Notes under the pieces: generated by a model
The model's input: only the letters and a program-made list of their open reading frames with translations
The model's database searches: none
Told to the model about the DNA's origin: nothing
NCBI GenBank assembly: GCA_903853385.1
Contig: CAINTJ010000001.1
Span: forward strand, 14,629-78,628
Source: an uncultured Gammaproteobacteria bacterium
GTDB taxonomy: Bacteria; Pseudomonadota; Gammaproteobacteria; Pseudomonadales; Pseudohongiellaceae
Direction: 5' to 3'
DNA: 64,000 nucleotides
Shown here: one piece after another, positions 47,250-55,677 of the stretch
Layout: every line of letters starts with the position of its first letter
Position numbering within the stretch: position 1 is the first letter of the stretch
Made by a program: the position numbers and the translations under genes

Positions 47250-48062
47250 ATGTCCGCACTCGCAGCTCCCCACCAGATCGAGGCCACCATCCGCTATGTG
47301 GTGAAAGGAGAACGCTCGATTTTCTATCCGGCCGACCGCGACCGCTCCTACTGGCCGGCCGATGAGCACGCGATGACCTTGACCGATATGCGGCCGTTGC
47401 AGGCAGAGATCAGCATTGCCCGCAACGGTTTTGCACTGCTCAATCACCACTCGGCAGTAAAGAACTTCTTCGATCCGATGGAAATTGGGCAAGTGTTCTA
47501 TCCAGAAGTGATCGCGCTGGCCCAACAGCTCAACGGCGCCCAGCATGCGATTGCGTTCGGACCGGTGGCACGCAGTGATGATCCTGCCAACAAGCAGGGG
47601 CGCTTGCCGGCCTTCGGTGCCCATGTGGATTATGGGCGCCCGACTGTGGAGGAGCAGGTGCGTATTGTGCTGGGCAAGCAGGCGGACTACTGGCTGCAAA
47701 AGCGGATGGTGCTGATGAATTTCTGGCGGCCGATCACCACGGTTTATCGCACGCCACTGGCGCTGTGTGATGCGTCGTCAGTGCTGGCCACCGATCTGCA
47801 TGACAGTGAAATCCGCGGTGGGCTGGATGATCCCAACCGGCCGCCCTTGTTTGGTTTCAATCTGAGTTATAACCCGCAGCATCGCTGGTATTACGTGAAA
47901 GAGATGCGGCCAGACGAGATGTTTGCATTCAAGCTGTATGATTCTGACGCTTCCCAGCCGCAGTGGACCGGGCATACCGCGTTCACGGATCCGGAGACGC
48001 CGGAGGGGGCACCGCCGCGGCAGAGTATGGAAGTGCGGACTATTTCGTTTATTGATGAATAG
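47250..48062 (+). CDS. CmcJ/NvfI-like oxidoreductase (non-heme iron hydroxylase family)
   Basis: Start at the in-frame ATG at 47250 (270 aa). The NFWRPITTVYRTPLALCDASSV and HVDY segments resemble the CmcJ/AsaB family. This call rests on recall only. Confidence 0.55.
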   Translation: MSALAAPHQIEATIRYVVKGERSIFYPADRDRSYWPADEHAMTLTDMRPLQAEISIARNGFALLNHHSAVKNFFDPMEIGQVFYPEVIALAQQLNGAQHAIAFGPVARSDDPANKQGRLPAFGAHVDYGRPTVEEQVRIVLGKQADYWLQKRMVLMNFWRPITTVYRTPLALCDASSVLATDLHDSEIRGGLDDPNRPPLFGFNLSYNPQHRWYYVKEMRPDEMFAFKLYDSDASQPQWTGHTAFTDPETPEGAPPRQSMEVRTISFIDE

Positions 48063-48067
48063 AGCAT

Positions 48068-48178
48068 AGCCTTGGGCCGATAACTGCTTCTGAAACGCGC
48101 CGTGAATACGTCCCTGTAGGCTCGCTTCGGCCATCCATGGTCTCAGACGGTTTCCGAAGCAGTTATCGGCCCAAGGCT
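48068..48178 (+). repeat. intergenic palindromic element, copy B
   Basis: Arms at 48068-48096 and 48150-48178 pair at 28 of 29 positions. The 53-nt core is GCGCCGTGAATACGTCCCTGTAGGCTCGCTTCGGCCATCCATGGTCTCAGACG. It starts 6 nt after the upstream stop codon. Confidence 0.9.
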
Positions 48179-48223
48179 CTCAAGTTCAATGTGTATTCAT
48201 AAAAACAACAGGAGACTCGCAGT

Positions 48224-49441
48224 ATGACAACAAAATCAAAGTGGTTCACGTATGAGAACGGTCTGTTGCTGTTGTTGGGGTTTACCTTTGGCATTGTGTT
48301 TTTTGATCGCAATGCGATTGGCAACCTGGCGCCCTTCATCATCAAAGACCTGGGGCTCGACCAGACCCAGTTGGGCATGTTGGGTTCCGGCCTGTCGATG
48401 GCGTGGGCGATCTCGGCCTATTTGATCGGTGCGATGTCGGACAAGAGCGGTGTGCGCAAGCCGTTCCTGCTGCTGTCGGTCATCGTGTTCTCGCTGTGCT
48501 CGGCGCTGTCAGGCATCGCCGGCACTTTTATGCTGCTGCTGTTGTCACGCGTGGTGATGGGGCTGTCGGAAGGGCCGTTTCTGCCGATCTGCTTCGCCAT
48601 CATGAATGTGGAATCCTCACCCAAGCGGCGTGGCGTCAATGCCGGCTTGATGCAGAACTTCTTCGCCTCGCTGCTCGGCACCACCGTGGCACCGCTGGTA
48701 CTGCCGTGGCTGGCCACCGATTACGGCTGGCGCACGGCGTTCTACCTGAGCGCCGTGCCGGGCCTGGTGTGCGCCACCCTGATCTGGCTGTTTGTGCGTG
48801 AACCGAAGGCAGTCGTGCCAACAGTGGTGGAAGCCGCCGTGGCAAAACCCGGCATGCTCGACATGCTGAAGCAGCGCAACATCCTGGTGTGCTGCGGCAT
48901 CGCGGTATTCATGATCTCGTGGTATCTGGTCGGCCTCATCTTCCTGCCGGTGTACTTCACGTTGGTGAAAGGCATGACGCCGGATGTGGCGGGGCAGGTG
49001 ATAGCGCCGATGGGCATTGCCACCATGGTGTGCGGCTTTGTGGTGCCGTGGATTTCCGACCGCATCGGTCGCAAGCCTACCATGATCATCTTCACCTTCA
49101 TCGGGTTGCTGACACCGATAGCCGCGGTATATTTCGGCGGTCCGTTGTGGATGCTGAGTCTGTTGCTGCTGATTGGCTGGTCGGCGTCGGGGTCGTTCGC
49201 GGTATTCATGGGCGTGATTCCGTCCGAGACGGTGCCGAAAGCGCTGGCGGCCTCGTCGATGGGGCTGGTGGTAGGCGCCGGCGAAATTGTCGGTGGCGTG
49301 CTGGCGCCCACCATTTCCGGCTGGTTCGCTGACCACACTTCGCTGATCGCCCACATGATTGTGATGATGGTGTGCGCCTTCATCGGCGGCATGCTGAGCC
49401 TGTTCCTGACGGAAACAGCGCCGGGAAAAATCAAGGTCTAG
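48224..49441 (+). CDS. MFS transporter
   Basis: 405 aa with 12 TM segments and an AGGAG SD. The GAMSDKSGVRKP loop motif is present. Confidence 0.9.
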   Translation: MTTKSKWFTYENGLLLLLGFTFGIVFFDRNAIGNLAPFIIKDLGLDQTQLGMLGSGLSMAWAISAYLIGAMSDKSGVRKPFLLLSVIVFSLCSALSGIAGTFMLLLLSRVVMGLSEGPFLPICFAIMNVESSPKRRGVNAGLMQNFFASLLGTTVAPLVLPWLATDYGWRTAFYLSAVPGLVCATLIWLFVREPKAVVPTVVEAAVAKPGMLDMLKQRNILVCCGIAVFMISWYLVGLIFLPVYFTLVKGMTPDVAGQVIAPMGIATMVCGFVVPWISDRIGRKPTMIIFTFIGLLTPIAAVYFGGPLWMLSLLLLIGWSASGSFAVFMGVIPSETVPKALAASSMGLVVGAGEIVGGVLAPTISGWFADHTSLIAHMIVMMVCAFIGGMLSLFLTETAPGKIKV

Positions 49442-49463
49442 TTACAACTACAGGAGCAATAAC

Positions 49464-49865
49464 GTGTCTACCCCCGAACAAAACGAACAGCTAGTACGCA
49501 ATTTTTTCGAAGTGCTCAGCAGCGGGCATCTGGAGAACATCCGCGCCACCCTGCATCCCGACGCCAGCTGGACCCCAATGGTGAAAAACGTGCCAGGCGC
49601 CGGCGTGCATGCCCCGCGCGATGTCATCGTCGATGAATTCCTGGCACCCGTGCGCGGCATCTTCGAAGACGGCGATCCCAAAACCACCGTCGATAATATT
49701 TTTTGCAAGGGCAATGTGGTCTGTGTTGAATCGCGCGGCCAAGGCAAATTGCGCAACGGCAACTTTTACAACAACCAGTACTGCTGGGTCATCGAAGTGA
49801 AAGACGGCCTGGTGTGGAAGATCCGTGAATACATGGACAGTCATTACGTGATGAGCGTGGTGTAA
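49464..49865 (+). CDS. NTF2-like/SnoaL-like protein
   Basis: 133 aa with a GTG start 7 nt after an AGGAG SD. The NEQLVRNFFEVLSSG N-terminus and the YCWVIEVKDGLVWKIREYMD C-terminus are typical of SnoaL-type folds. Confidence 0.72.
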   Translation: MSTPEQNEQLVRNFFEVLSSGHLENIRATLHPDASWTPMVKNVPGAGVHAPRDVIVDEFLAPVRGIFEDGDPKTTVDNIFCKGNVVCVESRGQGKLRNGNFYNNQYCWVIEVKDGLVWKIREYMDSHYVMSVV

Positions 49866-49980
49866 ACGTTTTCTGAACGGAAATTGTACGCGCTTTGCAA
49901 AATACCCGGTACAGGCATAATGCATGGCCACGCGCTGCGCATGGCGCTGGATAACAATATTTATTACAGGAGAATAACCA

Positions 49981-51024
49981 ATGAGTGCATTGCCACCGAC
50001 CAATGACGATAGTGCAATCTGGGATATATGGCTGGCGCAATTCCGTCTGCCGGTGGTAAACGTTAATGCTGAGGTGGGCACGTTCAAGGCTCTTAGCGAG
50101 GCAGCGCTCACCACCGACCAACTGGCAGCACAACTTGGCGTCAACGCCCGCGCGCTGGCGATGAACCTGGCGGCGCTGTGTTCGATGGGACTGGTCGAGA
50201 AGCGGTTGGGCCTTTGGCGTGCTACCCATCTGGCGCGCACCTGGCTGCATCCGGATGGCGAAGGTTACTGGGGTTATTTCACCAAACAGATAGATTTCAA
50301 CACCACGCTGCGGGGGCGACTGCTCGCATCATTGCGCACCGGCAAGCGCGCCGGCGATGTCGGCGAGGGTTCAGGCGACATCGCTTCCCGCCCCGCCGAG
50401 TGGGAACGCGGCAGCATGTCGCAGGAAGCTGCGGAAGGCATCGCCAAATTCATGCATGCCCACAGCCAGGCCCCGGCGCTCGGCGCGGCAGCACAGAGCG
50501 TGTTCGGCGAGCTTGCCTCGCTGATGGATGTCGGTTGTGGCTCGGGTGTTTACGGCATCGAGATCGCACGCGCCCATGCGGGTCTCAAAGTAGTGCTGAT
50601 GGATCTCAAGGAAATGGCGACCGAAGCCCAGAAATTCATCGAGCGTGCCGGCATCGGCAAACAGGTCAGCACCGCCGGCGTCAACATGTTCACTGAAGCC
50701 TGGCCGCACGGCCATGACGGCCATTTCTTCTCCAACGTGTTCCATGACTGGTCGGATGCAACCTGCCGCTTGCTCGCCAAAAGCAGCTTCGACGCGCTGC
50801 CCAGCGGCGGCCGCATCTTCCTCAACGAGATCCTGATGGATGACGATTACACCGGCCCGTTCCCGGCGGCTGCCTTCAGCTTGTTGATGCTGGTGGGCAC
50901 GCTCGGCAAGCAATACAGCCTCGCTGAATTCCGCGACATCCTCGGCAGCGCCGGTTTCGTCGATGTGGAAGCGGTGCGCACCGGTGGCGGCTATTATTCG
51001 CTGGTCAGTGGCCGCAAGCCCTAG
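49981..51024 (+). CDS. class I SAM-dependent O-methyltransferase (family 2, with N-terminal dimerisation/wHTH domain)
   Basis: 347 aa with an AGGAG SD, the SAM motif LMDVGCGSGVYGIEIA, and a winged-helix-like segment LAAQLGVNARALAMNLAALCSMGLVEK. Confidence 0.85.
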   Translation: MSALPPTNDDSAIWDIWLAQFRLPVVNVNAEVGTFKALSEAALTTDQLAAQLGVNARALAMNLAALCSMGLVEKRLGLWRATHLARTWLHPDGEGYWGYFTKQIDFNTTLRGRLLASLRTGKRAGDVGEGSGDIASRPAEWERGSMSQEAAEGIAKFMHAHSQAPALGAAAQSVFGELASLMDVGCGSGVYGIEIARAHAGLKVVLMDLKEMATEAQKFIERAGIGKQVSTAGVNMFTEAWPHGHDGHFFSNVFHDWSDATCRLLAKSSFDALPSGGRIFLNEILMDDDYTGPFPAAAFSLLMLVGTLGKQYSLAEFRDILGSAGFVDVEAVRTGGGYYSLVSGRKP

Positions 51025-51049
51025 ACCGTTCGGTGCCGGTGGTGCGGGG

Positions 51050-51091
51050 CAGCGTAACAACGCCGGGAATACCCCAGGTGTTGTTACGCTG
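51050..51091. terminator. 12-bp perfect hairpin between convergent genes (no U-tract)
   Basis: CAGCGTAACAAC pairs with GTTGTTACGCTG across an 18-nt loop. It lies between the OMT stop (51024) and the CrtI-like stop (51106). Confidence 0.4.
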
Positions 51092-51105
51092 ACTTCCGCC
51101 AGCTA

Positions 51106-52680
51106 CTAGTTCAGCTTGTCGGCCGACAAGCCCAGATCTTCAAACATCTTCATCGCAGTCGCGCGGCCGGCGCCAAACACACCGCCGCCCGGATGCTGGA
51201 ACGGTCCCACCAGATAGAAGCGCTCGACGCCGGGCACGGTGTTCTGGCCCAGGTCCGGTGTGGGTCGGTGCGAGCCGTTCTGTACCAGATTATAGGCCAC
51301 CCCGTGGATGTCGCCTTTGCGGAACGAGGCGGAGTGGCGTTCCATGTCGAGCGGGCTGTCGCAGTGATAGGCGATGATGTTGTCCTTGCCGATGTTGTTG
51401 ATGTACGCGCCCATTTTTTCCAGCATCTGGTCGGCGAATTCATGTTTGCACACGTCCCAGTGTTTGGCCCCGCCGTTCGGATGTTCGTAGGGCACATAGT
51501 CCCACGCATGCATCGTGGCTTTGCCGGCCGGCGCACGGGAAGGATCAATGTTGGTAACCGAGCCCAGCCCGATCAGTGAATCCTTCGGAATGCGGCCATA
51601 ACGTAAATCATCGAAGTGGCCGCGCAAAACGTCGAGACGATCGGGCAACAGCTCGATCATCATCGCACTGCGCGGCTTGTCACCGCATTTGAATTCCAGC
51701 GGGGCATTGAGCGCGGCATGCACGGTGAATACCACGTTCTCGGTGAGCTGGGCTTTGGCAGCCGCTTCCACAATTTCCGGCTCGACACCGTCGATGAACT
51801 TGCCGATGTCATGCGGATGGATGGCGCCGATAACACCGTCTTTGGCATGGAAGCTGCGGCCATCGTCAGTGGTTATGCCAACGGCGCGGCCCTTGCTGGT
51901 GAGAATTTTGTTGACGCTGATATTGCCGATTACGCTACCGCCATGGTCTTCGATGCAGCGGATCAGCGCCTGCGACAACTGGCCGCTGCCACCTTGTGCC
52001 ACGCCGATGCCGTATTTTTCCAGGAAGGCAAGAAATACAAACAAACCAAAGCCGGTGCCTTTTTCTTCGGGGCCGGTCAGGTTCTCGCTGACCATGCGCG
52101 TGAAGTGCAACAGCACATGTTCGTCGGTGAAATATTCCTTGACGATGTCATAGGCGCTCTTCTGCATGATCGACATCATCAGCCGGCCTTCCTTCGACGA
52201 ATCCATGAACGCATACATCGCGCCGGTCGGTGGTGGCAACGAGAACATGCCACTGACAATCGCCGGCAGATACATCGCGCCCAGTTCCGAAAGGCGCAGA
52301 TAGGATTCGGCATCGCGTTTGGAGAAGCGCGAAATCTCGGCGTAGTTCTTGTCGCGGTTGGTGTAGAGCGCCAGCGTGGAGCCATCGGGAAACACCGACA
52401 TCAGCGGGATTTCCGGGTAGATGTATTTGAGGCCGTATTTCGACAGCAGCCCCAGCTCGTCGTCCTTGATCAGCGGATTGGCCTGAATGAAAATGTGCGC
52501 CATGCTGTGTTGGTCGTGCTTGAAGCCGGGCACGGTCAGTTCGCGGGTGATAACGCCACCGCCGAACCAGGATTGGCGTTCGACTACCAGCACCTTTTTG
52601 CCGGCGGCAGCCAGATAAGCAGCAGCGACCAGGCCGTTGTGGCCGGAGCCGATAGTCACGATGTCATAGGTATCTTGCAT
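51106..52680 (-). CDS. phytoene desaturase (CrtI)-family FAD-dependent oxidoreductase
   Basis: 524 aa with the dinucleotide-binding N-terminus YDIVTIGSGHNGLVAAAYLAAAGKKVLVVERQSWFGG. Confidence 0.87.
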   Translation of the reverse strand: MQDTYDIVTIGSGHNGLVAAAYLAAAGKKVLVVERQSWFGGGVITRELTVPGFKHDQHSMAHIFIQANPLIKDDELGLLSKYGLKYIYPEIPLMSVFPDGSTLALYTNRDKNYAEISRFSKRDAESYLRLSELGAMYLPAIVSGMFSLPPPTGAMYAFMDSSKEGRLMMSIMQKSAYDIVKEYFTDEHVLLHFTRMVSENLTGPEEKGTGFGLFVFLAFLEKYGIGVAQGGSGQLSQALIRCIEDHGGSVIGNISVNKILTSKGRAVGITTDDGRSFHAKDGVIGAIHPHDIGKFIDGVEPEIVEAAAKAQLTENVVFTVHAALNAPLEFKCGDKPRSAMMIELLPDRLDVLRGHFDDLRYGRIPKDSLIGLGSVTNIDPSRAPAGKATMHAWDYVPYEHPNGGAKHWDVCKHEFADQMLEKMGAYINNIGKDNIIAYHCDSPLDMERHSASFRKGDIHGVAYNLVQNGSHRPTPDLGQNTVPGVERFYLVGPFQHPGGGVFGAGRATAMKMFEDLGLSADKLN

Positions 52681-52716
52681 GGTTGGATCCTCTTCGTATT
52701 CGTTATTCTTTGGTGG

Positions 52717-52826
52717 TCCGGCAGCCAGTAGAGCTTTTCAAAACACGCCACAAGTACGTCCCTGTAGGCTCGCCTCCGGCCATCCATGGCCTCCGACGGT
52801 TTTGAAAAGCTCTACTGGCTGCCGGA
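52717..52826 (+). repeat. intergenic palindromic element, copy C
   Basis: Arms at 52717-52744 and 52799-52826 are perfectly complementary (28 of 28). The 54-nt core ACGCCACAAGTACGTCCCTGTAGGCTCGCCTCCGGCCATCCATGGCCTCCGACG is shared with A and B. Confidence 0.9.
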
Positions 52827-52863
52827 CTTCTGCATTCAGTGATACATCATTTGCAATTGAACT

Positions 52864-54489
52864 TTAAATTTCTATCGGCGCCGGTGCAGGTTTGTTGAGA
52901 ATCATGTCAGCAGCTTTCTCCGCCACCATCACCACGCCTGCGTTTGAGTTGCCGCTGACCATGCGCGGGAAGATGGATGCATCCACAACGCGCAAACCAT
53001 CAATGCCGCGCAGTTTCAATTGCGGGTCCACGACGGCATCAACATCACTGCCCATGCGGCACGAACCACCAGGATGGTGCACGGCGGTACAGGTGCGACG
53101 CATGTAATCACGCATTTCATCATCGCTGTGCAAGGCGGGCCCCGGCAGAATTTCCGTAGCCTGGTACTTCGCCAGCTCCGGCCTCGCCAAGATCTTGCGG
53201 GCAATGCGCAGGCCGCGCAGCAATGGCTCCAGGTCGGCGTCGTCGCGCAGGAAGGCATTGTCGATCAAGGGTGCGGCATGGGGGTCGTTGCTGTTGATCA
53301 ACACACTGCCACGACTGTTGGGGCGCAACAGGATGGAGTTGATGCCGAAACCATGGCCGCGTGGAAACGCCTGGCCGGCTCCGGGGCGGTTGGCGGGCAT
53401 GAAGACAAACTGCACATCGGGCCGGTCGAGGCCGTCAGTGGTGCGCAGAAAGCCGGTGACTTCGAACAGGTTGCCGGCGATCTGGCCGCGGCGCTGGAAC
53501 AGATACTTGAATACGCTGAGTGCATTGCGCGGCAACGCCGGCAACGACAGGCCGTAGGATTCGGTATTGCTAGTAAGCATCTGCACTACTGTGGACGGAT
53601 GGTCGTGCAGGTTGTGGCCGACTTTCGGCAAATGCAGTTTTACGTCGATGCCAAGCCGGTGCAGCAGGGTGGCATCGCCGATGCCGGAATGTTGCAGGAT
53701 TGCCGGTGAGCCGTAAGCGCCGGCGCTGAGCAGCACTTCCTTGTTGGCACTGATGGTTTCGATAACGCCCTGCCGTTCTACCGCCACGCCAGTGGCGCGC
53801 CCTCCCACGATGGTGATGTGTCGCACCAGACAGTGGGTAAAAACATGCAGGTTGTTGCGATGGCGAATCGGGTCGAGGAAGGCAGTGACCCCCGATACGC
53901 GCCGGCCGTTGTGAATGGCATTCTGGCGCACATCAAAACCAACCGGATCCGGTGTGGCGTTGAAGTCATCACAGCGGCCATAGCCCAGGGCAGTGGTGGC
54001 AGCCAGCAACGGTTTGATCATCGGGTTGTATTCGCGCACATGCGAAATATGCATTTCACCCTGGGTGCCATGCCAGCGCGAAGCCCGGTAATTGTCGTTA
54101 TTTTCCGAGCGCAGGAAATACGGCAGTACTTCACGGAAACTCCAGCCCGGGTTGCCCAGCGTGGCCCACTCATCAAAGTCGCGCGGGTGGCCGCGGAAAT
54201 AGGCCATGCCGTTGGTGGAACTGCAACCGCCCAGGATGCGGCCACGTGGCAACAGGATTTTGCGGCCGCCCAGCTGCGGCTGCGGCACCGTCTGGTAACC
54301 CCAGCTGTAGTTTTTATGGAACATCAGCGTGCCCACGAAGGACGGGATGTGCGCGAGCGGGGTGACGTCGGAAGGGCCGGCTTCCAGCAACGCCACACTG
54401 ATGCTGGGGTCGGCCGACAAGCGGTTGGCCAGCACACAGCCGGCAGTGCCAGCGCCGATGATTACATAATCAAAATGGTTGCCGTTCAT
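52864..54489 (-). CDS. GMC family oxidoreductase
   Basis: 541 aa with FDYVIIGAGTAGCVLANRLS and HPGGSCRMG. It is a paralog of the GMC gene at 32816. Confidence 0.92.
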   Translation of the reverse strand: MNGNHFDYVIIGAGTAGCVLANRLSADPSISVALLEAGPSDVTPLAHIPSFVGTLMFHKNYSWGYQTVPQPQLGGRKILLPRGRILGGCSSTNGMAYFRGHPRDFDEWATLGNPGWSFREVLPYFLRSENNDNYRASRWHGTQGEMHISHVREYNPMIKPLLAATTALGYGRCDDFNATPDPVGFDVRQNAIHNGRRVSGVTAFLDPIRHRNNLHVFTHCLVRHITIVGGRATGVAVERQGVIETISANKEVLLSAGAYGSPAILQHSGIGDATLLHRLGIDVKLHLPKVGHNLHDHPSTVVQMLTSNTESYGLSLPALPRNALSVFKYLFQRRGQIAGNLFEVTGFLRTTDGLDRPDVQFVFMPANRPGAGQAFPRGHGFGINSILLRPNSRGSVLINSNDPHAAPLIDNAFLRDDADLEPLLRGLRIARKILARPELAKYQATEILPGPALHSDDEMRDYMRRTCTAVHHPGGSCRMGSDVDAVVDPQLKLRGIDGLRVVDASIFPRMVSGNSNAGVVMVAEKAADMILNKPAPAPIEI

Positions 54490-54502
54490 GGGTTATATTC
54501 TT

Positions 54503-55660
54503 TCAGAGCGCAGCGGAAGCCGCGATGTCAGACAAACGATGGAAGCGTTCGATGTTGGGTGCTTGCTGCATGATGCCGGCCGACAGGTAAACGAAGCTGA
54601 CTTGCGTCACCGGATCCACCCAGAACAAGGTGCTGCCGGAGCCATAGTTGCCAAAGGTGCGCGGTGTCGGCAGTGAGCCAAACAAATTGGGGCACACCGT
54701 GTCGCCACGCAAACACAGGCCAAGGCCGATATAGGCCGGGTAGGGTTCCCAGCCATGATTGAGCGCTACTGATTTATAGAGTTCGTTGGGCAGGGTGCCT
54801 GTCCAGTTGCGGGTGGCGAGATCAATGGTGGCGGGCGACAGGATGCGGGCGCCATGGTAAGTGCCGCCCTGGCGCAGCATTTCCGAAAAGCGGAACAGGT
54901 CAGGCACCGAAGTGATGCCCCCTACCCATGGCATCTCGGCATGTTCTTCCTTGAATGCACCCTGTGGACCAAGGTTGCTGCGTCCCAGATGTTCCTGCGG
55001 CGGTTTGCCGCGGAAATCCGGGAAGATATGGCGTTCACGCAGGTCAGCGCGCAGGCCGATGGCGGTGTCATGCATGCCGAGTGGTGTCAGCACTTCATCC
55101 TGCAGCAATTGTCGATAGCTGCGTTTGAGGGGGTCGCAGCGCCGCACGGCTTCACCCATCAGCGCGTGATTGAACAGCGGTGAGTAATGGCAACGGGTAC
55201 CGGGTGGGTCGATGGAGCGGATGTTCTGGCAGATGGCGGTGATGATTTCGTCGAGGCGGTCGATGTACATGCCGGGTTTGGGTATCCACAGCGCCGGCAA
55301 GCCGGAGGTGTGGGTGAGCAGATGGAAGAAATTGATTTTTTCGCGCTGGCCACCGGCAAATTCCGGAATGATTTCGGCCACGCGCGTGGTCAGCGAGAAC
55401 TGGCCAAGTTCAATGGCACGCAAGGTCAGCACCGTGGTGAAGGCCTTGGTGAGCGAGAACAGCGAAAACACCGAATCCAGTTTCAGGGCTTGTTGATGGT
55501 CGGCACCTGACCAGCCGAAGGCTTCCTGCAGTGCAGGTTCGCCATGACGGGCTACCAGAATCACCGCACCGAAATATTTGTCGGTGGCGATGTCCTGTTG
55601 AATTACTTGCCTCAGATGTTGCAAGCGGTTGCCATCAAGGCCTGGTTTGGTGGTTGTCAT
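54503..55660 (-). CDS. serine hydrolase, beta-lactamase fold
   Basis: Start at M83 of the ORF (ATG at 55660), 385 aa. The SLTK (SxxK) motif lies in FSLFSLTKAF. It sits 13 nt upstream of the GMC gene. Confidence 0.87.
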   Translation of the reverse strand: MTTTKPGLDGNRLQHLRQVIQQDIATDKYFGAVILVARHGEPALQEAFGWSGADHQQALKLDSVFSLFSLTKAFTTVLTLRAIELGQFSLTTRVAEIIPEFAGGQREKINFFHLLTHTSGLPALWIPKPGMYIDRLDEIITAICQNIRSIDPPGTRCHYSPLFNHALMGEAVRRCDPLKRSYRQLLQDEVLTPLGMHDTAIGLRADLRERHIFPDFRGKPPQEHLGRSNLGPQGAFKEEHAEMPWVGGITSVPDLFRFSEMLRQGGTYHGARILSPATIDLATRNWTGTLPNELYKSVALNHGWEPYPAYIGLGLCLRGDTVCPNLFGSLPTPRTFGNYGSGSTLFWVDPVTQVSFVYLSAGIMQQAPNIERFHRLSDIAASAAL

Positions 55661-55677
55661 AAAGGTTCCGGCTATTG

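Noticed and set aside
47778-48134. 118-aa ORF starting MAEASLQGRIHGAF...
   Set aside because: Same artefact as above. It starts in repeat copy B and runs antisense through the 3' end of the CmcJ-like gene.
51616-52731. 371-aa ORF on the + strand
   Set aside because: It is the antisense shadow of the CrtI-like oxidoreductase gene. It also runs into repeat copy C.
44391-52826. The three palindromic elements as integron attC sites
   Set aside because: No intI integrase or attI is present. The outer ends lack the RYYYAAC/GTTRRRY R''/R' consensus, because the AAC/GTT-like bases are at the inner ends of the arms. The intervening DNA holds several genes in mixed orientation rather than single promoterless cassettes. 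In attC sites the central part is the variable part, which is the opposite of what is seen here.
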